From: Paecilomyces variotii | Lineage: Eukaryota | Direction: 5' to 3' (one strand) | Length of the DNA: 64,000 nt | Assembly: GCA_004022145.1 (NCBI GenBank) | Contig: RCNU01000001.1 | Part shown: positions 1 through 12,599 of the stretch, piece after piece | How the letters are laid out: each line of letters begins with the position of its first letter | Position numbering within the stretch: position 1 is the first letter of the stretch | Program-made: the position numbers and the translations under genes | The notes under the pieces: generated by a model | What the model was told of the DNA's origin: nothing | What the model saw: the letters and a program-made list of their open reading frames with translations, nothing else | Database searches by the model: none

Positions 1-243
1 GATACAGAGCAAGAAGAAGTTGAGGTTGAAATCCAAGCCCGACAGAACATATTTGTTCATCACCGTCATCAAGATCGATGAACCACAGTATGCGAGAACC
101 GGGAGAATCGGATTGTTGGAGATAGAGCCCGATGGATGCGTGGATCTTGTCTGGTGCACAGGCGCAGCCTCAAAGGCCTTGCTGCCCTGGTCGAGCTTGT
201 CCATCTCGATGGTGTAGTCGTCTCTCTTCTTATCTTCGGCCAT
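1..243 (-). CDS. VRG4: Golgi GDP-mannose transporter (Vrg4/GmtA family), 5' part; gene continues off the window edge
   Basis: Manual minus-strand translation from ATG at 243: [20 protein letters not shown]...[41 protein letters not shown]-x-SSILMTV-x-NKYV is the first transmembrane signature of Vrg4. Not in the ORF track. Confidence 0.92.
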   Translation of the reverse strand, partial: MAEDKKRDDYTIEMDKLDQGSKAFEAAPVHQTRSTHPSGSISNNPILPVLAYCGSSILMTVMNKYVLSGLDFNLNFFLLCI

Positions 244-1798
244 GTTGACAATGGTGCTGGTGTACGGAGAAGAGCGAGAGGGTTAACGGAAAACGAGACA
301 AGAAACGTGGTCGGTCGCGGGACCGCAAGAAGAAGAACTAAGGAACGTGGGAAAGTTGGCCACGAGACGCCCTCCACAAGGTGAGAAAGAAGAAAGAATC
401 TGGAAGGAAAAAGGGTGCTTCGAACGCGGAAAAGGGACGTTCTGGCAAAGGGATGGAGTTTTGCTGTCCAAAACGTCCGAGTCTCGCCTGGCGCTAATTA
501 ATTTCCGGCCTGCGACCTCCGGGCGAGGCTCTGCATCTCTCTCTATCACTTATTATTATTGGGGGCGGTTGGGATATTCGACAGCACATACGCCCTCGAT
601 TCTTAGCTTTGCTTGTTTGTTTTCTACTTCCTATTGCATCTGTTCTATTATCCTTCTTTCAATGATGTCCAGTAACTAAACCCACGGTGGCTGACCTCCG
701 CGCCCACAGTCCCGCCACCTTCTGATCTAAAAACTGAGACATAAGATATTTTTAATGCAAGACGAGAACCTATGGATTATTATTCCCCCGTACGGTTTAG
801 TCTTGCCGCCTTCGGCATCGTCGCTCTAGTACGCTGTATTATAATCACTACCGCCTGCTTCACCTTGAATATACTGGTATAGATAAGGCGTGAATTAGCG
901 TGGTATCATGGAATTCCTCGTCGGCATTATGTATACTGAATTCACTAGGATTGATCAATGCTATCGATCCTCATATTATATTGAATTTAGGGCGGGGGTT
1001 TATCTATATTAGTTTAGGTGGATGTTGGGATTTATAGGGAATATTCTCTTACCCTATTATATATCACTTTCCTATGAAAGAGACGCCAATTAAGTGCGCA
1101 GTTCTGCCGGATGAGCTATATAATTTGAGAGAGATAATTATTAAACGTATAGAGCTAGTGCCAAGGAACGAAGAAAAGATCTATATAGGGGGGAGGATCA
1201 CTAACGCAGTGGAGATCTATAAGAAGAGTATATTTATTCAAGAGGCTTGTCAAGGGATGGATCAGATTTTGTAGTTTTCTCTCTTCTATTTTCATCTCTC
1301 TTTTATTGTTATACTCTAGGGAGATATGATTGTTACGATCCGGACCCAGAGAATCTCATGGCTCTCTTTCGAGAATAAGCTCATCGCCGGGCTTAATATT
1401 GAGGACAGTCGAGAAACTGTGGAGGAGTTAGGTAGAGCCTTTCCTTGGCCTGGTGCCTGGCTTCCTGCCTACTATGCAACATTAGGCATATAACAACTGC
1501 TCCTTTTCTTTTTCTGGAACTCAACCTCAATCTCATCTTTCTCCATTTCACTCCAATCCATCATCTCTTGACTCCACGTTTTGTCTCGTCGAGCAACAGT
1601 GTCTATCGCAGATAAACTTCCTTCTGGGGTCTGATAATCTTGCCTTTCCTCGTGTCTAACATCACTTCTCACCCTTACTAGAGCCTCTTCTTTGCTTCTA
1701 TCGAGCTCACTTGTCCATTTCTGACGACCTCATTGTTCTCTTGTCTGACATAGATCTCCGTCTTTTTTAAGCCCGCTTCGCTCTCGAAAGACTTCACC

Positions 1799-2781
1799 AT
1801 GTCTCAGATTGCCCGTCGGGTGCTCAATAGAGCCAGAGCGATGCTGCATTCTCTGAAGGAGAGGCTTACGGAGGAGCCGAATGCACGTCAAGAAGTGGAC
1901 GAAATCTCGGAGGAAATGAACAAACTACTGACCTTGGCAGCTAGCAACTTAAGATTGCCAGACGTAACGGACATGTTTGGTCTGTCGCTAGACAAGCGGT
2001 TGGAGATGTGGAAGTTGGACAAACGGGATATCATCGCAGTGCCGGAAGTTGTTCGTAAGTCTATATATTTTGAACGCTATTGCCTTGTGAAGATTCCCTA
2101 GCTTCTGACTTTCCCAGTTTCCTGTATTGAGGAGATAGAGCGAGTGACGGGAAGAGCTCCAGTTCGCGGGCGGTCCAACATCATGTTACAAGCGTGCGTC
2201 AGAGGAGAACAGCAACGTATTGCTGCTATCGATACAAACAGACCGAAAAAGCCTATCACCCTCACCGCTAACACGCAGCTTGAGCTCCCAATTATGTACA
2301 AAGGCCAACCCGTCCTTCTGAGTGGAAAGTCAGATTATAGCATATGGCACGGTGACCGTGTAATGTCTACCAGCCTGGTAATCTGCGAAGTGAAAGATAA
2401 TAGCTTCGCCGAATGCCTGGCGTATATGGGTATGTTGAGTAAGAATATCACGTCTCTGAATGTAACTAACTAATCATATTATATAGCTATGGTACGCAAG
2501 ATCCGGAGACAAGAGTGCAGAATAAACACTAAGATTTACGGTTGTGTCACTGATGGCCAGGAGTTCACTTTTTTATACATCGATGAGAATGACAAGGTAA
2601 CCTATACTCGGTTTATTCTATATGACAGCGCTGATGCTTGCATTCACAGTACTCTGTCTGGCGAAGCCAATGCTGGGATATGCATCTAGCGAAAGATGAG
2701 ATATGGACGCACTTAGTCCGTATCACAAGATTCGCCAGTGCACTTTCTGAGTACTTCGGTGAAGACAGTTATGCCATTTGA
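1799..2781 (+). CDS. PD-(D/E)XK (restriction-endonuclease-like) domain protein, 269 aa, 4 exons
   Basis: Exons 1799-2054, 2118-2429, 2487-2596 and 2650-2781 are joined by GT-AG introns and total 810 nt in frame. Motifs LSGKSDY...VICEVK...ECLAYMAMV...IYGCVTDG..F.F resemble fungal REase-like families. Confidence 0.7.
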
Positions 2782-3463
2782 ATATACCTTATCGCACCCC
2801 TAGAGTAAGAGTAAAATGCTGTTTTATATTATCCCCGATTAAAGCTAGATCAAACTTAGAAGGATCTGGGTTCAACTGCAGAGGGTTTTTTAGCATCATT
2901 TTAGTTGTGAGTTAAAATGCAATCAGGATCCCTCCAGTATAAGCATTCTCATAAGAAAGGCAAGTAAATGATTCTCGGTGGATGCAGAATAGTGGCCCAA
3001 AACATATGACAGAGCTTTAAAGCGACAGCTTGCCACTGGGAGTTACTGTACAAGTAGAAGTATACAGACTCCATCCATGGTCGTCATTTTTGGCATCGTT
3101 TTCACAGGTCTTTATATTCTAGATGTAATTGAGAATACGATCCTAGTACAAATCATTCAAATAAGATACGTTTGTAGCTACCGTCTAGCGATCAAATCCA
3201 ACTGAAGCGCTGTCTGTAAATCCACATGGCAGATATGCATATCTAACTTTTAACTAATCGGCCATAAACGGTCCGTTTTCAGGGACCAACGTTGATCAGG
3301 CGGGTCACGACCATCCGTTCGCATGGGATAATTTGGCGAGCAATAATAAACAAGATCGACCCTCGTCCATTCCTCTCCTGTCTCATTAGGAAAAGGTTCT
3401 AAGTTAACCAGCAAAACGATTCCTCCGTGAGCCTTTGTCCGAACACACATACAGACACACACA

Positions 3464-4225
3464 ATGTCCGCGCCCCTCGACCCCGTGGTCTCCTCCATCA
3501 TCGACCGCAACAATCCCGTCACGAACTCTGAGGAATTCGACGAAGACGCGATCTTCGAAGCTCTCGAGAACGAAGATGACTCTGCATACCGGTCGCGTCG
3601 TGTTGAGCAGCTCTCTGCTGAATTAAAATCCGCCCAAGATGCCGTGCGTTCCATCCAGCGCGACGCTGCCTCGAACATTACGACCGTCCACGACGCGCTC
3701 TATCCTACCTTATCGAATGACCAGGCCCTTCTCGATTTCACAACCCAGAATCAGCGGTGCGTTGTACACTTCGCCCATCCAGATTTCGCAAAGTGCGGCG
3801 TGATGGATGAGCATCTCCGTCTCTTGGCATCACGGCACTACGAGGTGCGGTTCGCCCGCGTTGATGTGCGCGATTGTCCCTTCGTCGTGGAGAAATTGAA
3901 CGTACGCATCTTGCCGTGTGTCATTGGCTTCGTTGATGGCGTTGGTGTCGAACGAGTTCTGGGATTCGAGGGGCTGGGATCAGGAAGTCGGGACGGCGTT
4001 AAAGGCTTCAGGACTGTCGAATTGGAAAAGAGACTGGTTACCAAGGGTGTGCTCTCCAGGAGAAAACTGGCTGAGGATGGAGGACCTGGTATCTCCGGGC
4101 CAGGTGACAGCGATAGTGAGAGTGAGGACGACCGTCAGCGGAGAGGTCAGCGCGGAGCGATTCGCAGTGGGAACGCGAGGAATAGACATGCCGCTGAGGA
4201 TGACGACGATGATGATTGGGACTAG
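3464..4225 (+). CDS. PLP1: Phosducin-like/thioredoxin-domain protein (Plp1/TXNDC9 type)
   Basis: Single-exon 253-aa ORF with an acidic N-terminal helix (EALENED..YR..RVEQL), then VVHF.HPDF.KC..MD.HL and PFVVEKLNVRILPCV..F.DG...ERVLGFEGLG. Confidence 0.88.
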   Translation: MSAPLDPVVSSIIDRNNPVTNSEEFDEDAIFEALENEDDSAYRSRRVEQLSAELKSAQDAVRSIQRDAASNITTVHDALYPTLSNDQALLDFTTQNQRCVVHFAHPDFAKCGVMDEHLRLLASRHYEVRFARVDVRDCPFVVEKLNVRILPCVIGFVDGVGVERVLGFEGLGSGSRDGVKGFRTVELEKRLVTKGVLSRRKLAEDGGPGISGPGDSDSESEDDRQRRGQRGAIRSGNARNRHAAEDDDDDDWD

Positions 4226-5169
4226 GAATGGAATTCCCAGAGTGGGTTGCTTCCTACAGTACTTTAACATGCGGCCCCTAGATATTTTTGGGTTGCTTCT
4301 GATTCATCGATACCCCGAAACGAGAAAATAGCAATTAACAGACAAAAGATATGGAGACAAACTTCCATGACTTTCAAGGAACACTGAGAAAGAAGTGCGT
4401 ATTACTGCCTTAATCAACGGAAACCTGTAGATATTATAGATGTATATTTGCATATATTATGACTAGATAGATCCCGCAAGAAGGAATGAGAACCGCTGGG
4501 CTAGACTAGAAACTTTGGGAAAGGACAGTCTTATATATAAAGAAACAAAAAACACATGACATTGCGAGTTTAGAGCGCATAGAAGAACAAACATACTGTG
4601 TGCAGAACGACTATCCATTCATTCCTCTGGTCCCCTGTAACACCATCGATCCCACCGACGCCTTTACGCTATGGCTGTTCCTCTGTGTACACTAGGAAAA
4701 CGGCAAATAGTAAGAGAAGATTCACATCAGCCGTCATAGGCGACCTCGACACACCCAGGCCCTAAGTACCTATCATGGTTCACTTGCATTAGGGAACAAC
4801 AGATAACTTGGGAAAGACGCCACGTAGCAAGCAACGCGCATTGCATGATCGTACAGTTACAGAAGGCAGCCTATCTGATGCTAATATGGGGAAAAGTAAG
4901 AAAAGGGGAAAAAAAGGCAACGAAGCAACGAGAAGAGAAAAGATGAGGGGAAGTCTCCAGATGTGTAAGGAGACCAGTCGTTGCAATCAGAAAACAATGA
5001 TAGAAATAAGCGTAGAAAAGGAAAATGTTAAAATCTATACAAAGGGACATGAAATACTACTGCCTAGAAAAGTGCCGGCTGTGCTCGACGCAGACAGCTG
5101 AAAGAATTTCAAGTCCTGAAAAAGACATCGTAGAGAATTGCAATCCAGGGGAACATGGATGGTGGACTA

Positions 5170-6790
5170 TTATATGGCCACGTTCTTCATCTCGCCCTCA
5201 ATGTCGTCAATGACAGAAGCCCGCTTGGCGTCCTTTTCAGAAGCCTTTTCCTTAGCAGTATCCTGTTCCTCTTTCTCCGTCTCCGAAGCGGCCTTCTCAG
5301 GTGCAGGCTCTTCCTCCCCAGTAAGGACGCGCGGGGTCGTCACCTGGATGAGATCTTCTCCGTTGTCTTTGGTGGCAGCATCTCGGCTAGTCTCTCCCAC
5401 AGCAGTCGTGGAGATAGGGCTCGCTGCCTCTTCCGTCACACGAGCGAGAGGACTTGAAATGCCGAACTGACCCTTAGGGCTGTGGTTAGGGCCACGAGCA
5501 GAGAGGCGATGCGGCGATCTCCCCCGTTCCTCACTGGGAGTTGGGCTGCCGTAAGGAGACTCCCTGCTAGCTCTGTTCGGGTTTGTATTGACACCCAGTC
5601 CATTGGGAGCCTTGCGGCGCGGTGGTCTTCTGCCGTATTTCTGATCCGTTCTCCACCGCAGAATTTCGAGATATGGAGGCTCGACGTTCTGGTTTTTGAA
5701 TTCCTTCAGCTTGAGCTCACCGGTTTCCTCGTCCACGAAGACCTTGTCACTAGTGATATCGTCCGCGACAGTTGCGAGGAAAGAAGCCCAGGAGCGAGCA
5801 ACTACGTATTTGCAGTCGTAGTCACGACCGAATATGATGACCTGTCCCCACTTTCCTGCCGGTCCCGGTGCCAGGTCGACGGCGATACAGTTTCCACCCC
5901 AGTCGCGTGCAAGAGGGATCCAGCCGGGGTGTGCGTAGGCCTTCTGGATAGCTCGTGGAGGTTGAGAATCCTGGCGGTCAAGGAGCTCCTGCCGCCACAA
6001 TGGGTTGGACATTTGTTGAGCGGGGGAGGCGGAGGAAGAACCACCAAAAGCCTTTGGAGGTGGCCCTTGACTGAGCGTGGTTGAGCCTAGAAACTCCTCG
6101 TTGACTGTCCGCCAATTCTTCCATTCTTGGACAACCTCTTCACAGTCCAGGAGCATACAACCAAAGATGATACCCGTCGGTAGACCGCCACGCTCTTGAC
6201 CGTCGTGAATCGACAATGACTCGCGGACCTCCAATGGCAGAGTGCAGTCCAATTCATGCTCCAACTCATTGATATCGTTCTGGGTGCAGCCTTCACAAAG
6301 CTGGTCCCAAAGTTCTTCGTAGTTCTTTTCCGCCCATCGGTCAATTTTGCTCCACGAATGGGTGACTGGAGGGGGTGGTGGAGCGCCCGCATGGAAGCTT
6401 TGCATCTGGATCTCTCCGGCACCATCTGCACCCTGGTCATTCGATCTCCGCTTCTGGGAGGAGAGAGATCTCATGCCAGGAGAGTATGGACGCGTGGGGG
6501 AACCGAGACCGGTGGGCGATCCGTTTGTTGGGTATTCCTCTTCATAAGGGGAAGTAAGATCGGCTCGCGACTCGAGTGCACTCGTAGCGACAGACGTGAG
6601 AGGTTCATGGCGGCTCTGGCTTAGAGGCACATGCTGGCCAGTTCGATAAGGGGAATCATGGGAAGCGTGTCGGTCATTAGAGGTCATCGTATGCCAGAAC
6701 GAACGCCATGCTGACCCGATTCTACCTAGGGTCAGAACCACCGGTGGAAAGACAGATAGGGCGGCCAGAGGTTACTCACGCATTTGTCAT
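5170..6790 (-). CDS. SMI1: Glucan synthesis regulatory protein Smi1/Knr4
   Basis: 11-nt first exon 6780-6790 (ATGACAAATGC|gtgagt) splices to 6721, giving MTNAIGSAWRSFWHTMTS. SMI1/KNR4 motifs HDGQERGGLPTGIIFG, WIPLARDWGGN.IAVDLAPG and GQVIIFGRDYD. Confidence 0.95.
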
Positions 6791-9733
6791 GGCGGGCAGA
6801 GAAGCCGAACCGGCAGAAACTTGACAAAAAGGACGATCAAGGTGCGTGTGCCCCAGGGGTGTTCATGGACAGGCCCCAGACGCGATAGACACCGCAGGAA
6901 GCAACAAGCGACGAGACTAGTAGGATGGAGGGAATGCGAGAATGGAACAACGGCAGGGTGACATGAACAATGTACAGGGCAGCAGAAGCGACAGTAGCAA
7001 AGCCAGAGTGTGGATGGATGGACAGCCGTAGATGACTTCTGGAGACTGAAGGTTAGGGAGAGGTTATACCTAGAAAAAGCCAAAGACGGGGGAGCGTGCA
7101 CCACGGGCGGAGGATTGGGCTCGCCGGTGTTCTTCGCTGTGCCTTCTCCTGGATCTTCTTAGCGTGTGCCGGGGCAGGAGACAACTTCGCCCGCCCGGCA
7201 TCTGCGACCGCCCCTGGGAAGGCGGAACTCATTCATTTATTATTGTTGTTATTATTATTGTTATTCTTGTCCAGTGCTTCATGATTACTAGGAGGATTGC
7301 TTTCTTAGTTGCTTACTATCGTTGCCAGCTAACTAATTGTATCGTCTCCATCGGGCTCCTGGCTGTCCTATGCTCTAGAGAAGTCCTGATTGCAGTGGAA
7401 AGTAATAGACCACCCCAATTGCTTTCCCTTCTTGTCTACAGAGACCAAGACTGACCTCAGATTTCTTCAGCAGTCATAACAATAATCATCACTCACCATC
7501 ATCACTGTCATCATCCTATCCTCTCCTATGAACAATCCAATAACCTGGAATCAGACAGTAGTTATTATTACACGTCAGCACTGAACATCAGCCATCTCTG
7601 TCCCATCCCCTGATTCATCAGTCTTGGAAGGATAAGATCGATTCGTCCAGAGGTATGTACATCAAGAATCTGACCATACTTGAAATCCCTGGCAATGACG
7701 GATTCTTCCTTGGAAGGGATCAATTGATACGCACGCATACTACCCTTCTTCAAATTGACTTTGATCGGGAAAAAACCACGATCTCATTAATTCAACCCTA
7801 TTTTAGCTCTCTAATCTTCTTACCCGGGAGAACACGCGAACTGTGGCGGTTCCTAATGTATGCTAGTATTTCAGCCTCAACTGGCGTATTTAATCTATCA
7901 TATATCTCTTTGCAACTAATACGGGAGTTCTCCGTGCAATAATCAATCCATCTTGTCCCTACCAGACCAAACTCTTATGGAGACCGGAAACACCACCACT
8001 AACTAAACTAACAATGGGACCCTTTTTTCCTTTTCTCTTTTCCCTTCTGTCTCCAGCGGGTCTTGCTTTTCCAAATAATAATCTACGTACCACCGTTTCT
8101 CTAGTCGACTGTCACTAAGGACCTCCTCTCTAGGGCGGTTGGTTTCACCACTCACGCGCCGCAAAAAAAAAGAGATAGTTTTAAAATTCAACGGTTGTTG
8201 ATCTCAAGATCTAGGCTCAGGTGGAGTTTTGGCTCGCTAACTTGGCTTGGCGGCGCCGCCTAGCACTGTTCTGCGACTCCATCTTCGAGGCTGCTAAGTT
8301 AGTTGGTAGTTTAGCAGCGCCCCCTGGTCAGTAGTAGTAGGTGACCAAATTTAATCTAGTATTCTGTTTGCCGTCCCACTGCCTTGTCTGATTAGTGAAA
8401 TAAGCCGGAAGTCCCGACAGGAGGAGGAAGTTATGTAGATCTCCTTTTCTTTTCCAGATTGATTCTAGAATAAACTGAGAAGCTGTTGGATTTTAGTCCT
8501 ACGTATCTACCACGAGACCACGGCGTTAAGCGGGCCGTTTGATACACCGGGAAGGAAGCCACCGCATCGCATAAAAACCCACCGTTTCCACTGACGTGTC
8601 CCCTATCTACCTATCTACTTTGAACATGGAGGAAAGGATGTCTGAGCCCTGAGTCCTGACAAAGCTGGCTATGATCGCACCAAGCATGACTGAGAAGTTT
8701 GGAACCCTCTGTAGATCAAGTCCGCGACCCGCAGCAATTATTAACCTAGATAGAGTAGTTAACTAGTTATTATTATTATAGATAGAAAAAGGCGGTTGCT
8801 GACTTATTCCTTGGAATCTAAAACTTGACTAGTTCGTTAACTTAACCCCTACTTAATAATAATAATAATAATGTCCTCGTGGCTAGGAAGGAGCAGCTAT
8901 TAATATCACTGCATTACCTTGACCTCTCAGTGAGCCTTGAATTCAATAATTAATATCTCCGAAGACGATACTATTGTTGCTACTGTCTCAATTTCATTTT
9001 ATAGTGATCGTGATCAGCTTACTCGATACAGTTTTAATGGAGATTCATCTGAAAACGAGCGTGATGATTTCGGATGGTCTAACTATGCGGCTAGATACGC
9101 CAGCATCGACATGTCATGAACCTCGAAGAGCTCGAAAGTCCCGACAGGAAATGCAAACTGTCACGCACGGAGAACTCCTTCTCACAACCTGCATGCCAGG
9201 GGCGCCATCTAACAAAAAATCGAAAGGATAAATCCTCTCATGGACGACAAGCGAGAGATGCCGTTCTCTGAGGAAAGCCAACAAAAGCAGTTAACACAGA
9301 TTAAAAGAATGGTTCAAGAAAGCCACTAGGAAAGTCCACCCAGACGACCAGGCCGCGATAGGACTCAGAAAATGGTTCCAGACTCCGGGTAAGATGCAAG
9401 AAAAAACATCCAGCCACTCTGAACAAAATTCAAGGTAGCAAATCTATCAGGAGTCACCCCAAAACCCCAGAACTCACGACAGTGCCCTTTCCCTAAGTGA
9501 AGGTCAAGTAGAGACTCCGCAGGACCGAAAGACAAGAGATCAAACCGGGAAAAGACGAACGACCGACGGAACAGCAAAGAAAGGGAATAAGGAAGGACAA
9601 CAGGAGTATTCCCAACAGAATCCATCCCAGTTGATGCACAAACCCGTGAACAGAAAAGGCCGCCTCCAAACATAACTCCGAGGACGCTTCCTGCAGTCAA
9701 GGAATGACAAAACAATTATGCGAGAGGGCTCTA

Positions 9734-11176
9734 TTATGCAAGGGAACTCTGGACCTCATTTGAACGGAGGCCACTGGCCATGTCGAGTTTCAGGATTCTC
9801 CGAAGATCGTCCTCCATCCTCTTGGTATCCAGCTTCGTGGAACCGTTCGTGGAGGGGTTGGAAGATGCATCGCGAGAAGGGACAGCCCGCGGAGCTGTGG
9901 GAGACCCATATCCGTATGCGTATGGGCTTCCGCGATTATTAAGGTAACCAGCTTTATTAGAGGGTGCTGGTGATGGAGAGGCTCCGGATGAGAGCATTAC
10001 CGAATTCGCCGCTCTGGGAGGCGTCACTTCGCGCCGTAGAGCAGAGGAAGAAGCGCGGTTTTTCTGAGCGCTGCCTGAAAGCGAAGGCATATACTGATAC
10101 CGAACGCCATTTGGCGAGCCATATGCCGTATTAGTTTTGTTCGGATCGTAATTTGAGAAAGATACCGGCGTCGGTGGACCTGAGGTAGTTCGGATAGGCC
10201 CATTGCGGTGACCAGCATTTGGGCTGAGGGTTGACGGGCCATTCGGCACGTTGGGTTGCGTGCGTACGAAAGGTGAAGCAGATGCAGGACGCTGAGGACG
10301 AGGATTGAGTAACAAATTCTTCAAAGCTTGGGTCTTCGCCCGTCGTTGAGCTTCGTCAAGATCAGCTGCTGATTGCGAAGGCGACTCGCCAGATCGGAGC
10401 GCATTCATCCGATCACGGTAAGGTGTAGCAAAAGAAGGACCTATAGCCATAGAGTGCGATTCAGAGCCTTCCAGCTCAAGCGGGAAAATGCCTCCGGAAG
10501 AGGCATCTGGCGTCCTCTGAGCTGGATACGCGTTTGAATAAGAGTTATACGGAGAGCCTTGACCCTTGTAAGCTTCCGGACTGCGCTGGGATCTCTCCCT
10601 AGCTTCGACGGCAGCTTTAAACAAGAAGTCAAGCGGCGACGACTCCCGTCCTTCGTCGCTGCAAGGGTTCCGTGGCTTTGGTTTGGACGGGGTAGCTTCG
10701 GTCACATGGTCCAATTCGGGGGAATCAGCGTCTAATTCTAGAGGAGGAGCAAGATCCGAGTCAGGCACCGATTTGGAGAAGAAACTGGGCATCGGAAGGG
10801 CAGAGGGTGCCGGAGATGCATGGAATGTCGGGCCAGCATAATGCGGGCTGTCCTTGAGCTGAGAGGGAGAAACGACGTTGGGTTGAGAGGAGGTATGGCG
10901 GTGACCGTTGGGCCGATTGGGAGCAGGAGAGCTGGGTGGTTTGGAAAAGTCCCGTTGTTTCTTTGCAGACCGTCCGTTGTTCTTCTTCTTGGAGGCAGCT
11001 CCGTTGATGTCGTTTCGATAATCGGCGGCCACTATTCCGGGACTAGAGGTTTGAGGCGGTGAGGCTGGAGGAGTTCTCAGAGGGATCGACTTTGGCTGAG
11101 AAGGAGTGAAGTTCTTCTTCTGCTGACGTCGACCGTTCCGCTGGCCCTTCGGCGTGGGAGGGGTCTGAGTAGACAT
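9734..11176 (-). CDS. Proline/serine-rich disordered protein with PNRC/Edc1 decapping-activator motif
   Basis: Single long ORF with first ATG at 11176 (MSTQTPPTPKG). Contains YAGPTFHASPAPSALPMPSF (10781-10840) and a C-terminal helix MEDDLRRILKLD. Confidence 0.8.
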   Translation of the reverse strand: MSTQTPPTPKGQRNGRRQQKKNFTPSQPKSIPLRTPPASPPQTSSPGIVAADYRNDINGAASKKKNNGRSAKKQRDFSKPPSSPAPNRPNGHRHTSSQPNVVSPSQLKDSPHYAGPTFHASPAPSALPMPSFFSKSVPDSDLAPPLELDADSPELDHVTEATPSKPKPRNPCSDEGRESSPLDFLFKAAVEARERSQRSPEAYKGQGSPYNSYSNAYPAQRTPDASSGGIFPLELEGSESHSMAIGPSFATPYRDRMNALRSGESPSQSAADLDEAQRRAKTQALKNLLLNPRPQRPASASPFVRTQPNVPNGPSTLSPNAGHRNGPIRTTSGPPTPVSFSNYDPNKTNTAYGSPNGVRYQYMPSLSGSAQKNRASSSALRREVTPPRAANSVMLSSGASPSPAPSNKAGYLNNRGSPYAYGYGSPTAPRAVPSRDASSNPSTNGSTKLDTKRMEDDLRRILKLDMASGLRSNEVQSSLA

Positions 11177-12036
11177 CGTGAGGTTTGGTGGCTTAATAAA
11201 TAGGCAGCCTTGTAGAGAATATCGATAGAAAAAAAGGAAACAAAACAAAGTGAGAGGCGCAGAACGCTATATGAATAGGTAGAAACGGCAGAAACGGCAG
11301 CAAATAGATCGCAATACCGCACAGCGGCCGAGAGAAGAGGGTTATTATCAGGTAACGAGAGCCAACGATATCGCCAGAATGTCGTGACAAAGGTTGGAAA
11401 TGCAAGGCGCAGCGGTGATGTGTCGTCTTAAGAGCGGCTCGTCCCGGGCAGGGATGAGGAACAAAGTCAATGAAGGGCGGATCCGAGAGTGCTTGAAGTC
11501 GACAGTAGAGCGCAAAGAGAAAAGGGAGATCTCGTTAGTCTGTTCATGTCTGATTGAAGAGATCGATCGAAGGGTAGAGGAGATGGAAAGACTACAACTG
11601 ACGTTCGGTCTGTAGCTTTGAGTAGCCATGGAAGGGAAGGCTGGGGTCAGGCGGGGAGAGGCAGTGCTGAGTCAGGCTTGCCACACGCCACCAACAAGCA
11701 AAGAGCAGAGCAAAAGCAAAGCAAACAGCTCAGTACTGTAACTACCAGGCAACTAACTAACCAACTAGCGGTATCTCGAGTCTCCCGGTCCTCAAGTTCC
11801 CCGCGACGGATGCTACTGTAGGTTAAACCTCGAGGCTGTTCCCTCCCAACCGTGACGATATCCACGTCTCCCTTCGCGAACACGTCGTTCACCGTCTGCC
11901 ACTCCGCCTTTGTCGTGTCCCGGCTATTGCATCAATAGATTCCCGCTGCTACACCGGTGCCGCCTCGAACCAGCGTTGTCCTCTCCACCTCTTCCCTATC
12001 CGAGACTCTCAGCAACCCACGTCGGAATAAACTAGG

Positions 12037-12599
12037 ATGGCCGACGTCGAAATGAAAGATGCCGTTGCTGGCTCAGCGGCCAAGGCGAAGAGCGTATCTA
12101 AATCCGCCAAGTCTGGCACCGCTGAAGGCGGAGCTGATGGCAAGAAGAGATTCGAGGTCAAGAAGGTTCGTTTGCTTCACATAAGAAACAGCAATCCATG
12201 GCCCAATATTAATTCTCTCTATCTAGTGGAACGCGGTCGCTTTGTGGGCGTGGGATATCGTCGTTGACAACTGTGCTATCTGCCGAAACCACATCATGGA
12301 TCTATGTACGTGATGCAGCCTCCGTAATTTAGCCGGCATTCGAATAAACTAATTGTCCCTGTTCAGGTATTGAATGCCAAGCCAACCAAGGCTCATCTAC
12401 AACTGAGGAGTGTACAGTGGCCTGGGGGATTTGCAATGTAAGTGTCTTTTCTATCTACCGTCCCTATTCGCAGATAGCTAACATGTGTCACGCTGTGCAG
12501 CACGCATTCCACTTCCATTGTATCTCTCGATGGTTGAAGACCCGTCAGGTGTGCCCATTGGATAACAGAGACTGGGAGTTCCAGAAGTACGGTCGATGA
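12037..12599 (+). CDS. RBX1: RING-box protein Rbx1/Hrt1 (SCF/cullin RING subunit), 4 exons
   Basis: Spliced: [42 protein letters not shown]...[42 protein letters not shown]. Confidence 0.98.

Noticed and set aside
7440-7942. Short ORFs and splice-like signals upstream of SMI1
   Set aside because: I could not assemble a consistent spliced reading frame on either strand.
8409-9149. Exact 14-bp direct repeat AAGTCCCGACAGGA (8409-8422 and 9136-9149)
   Set aside because: Similarity does not extend beyond 14 bp and no element features lie between the copies; compatible with chance.
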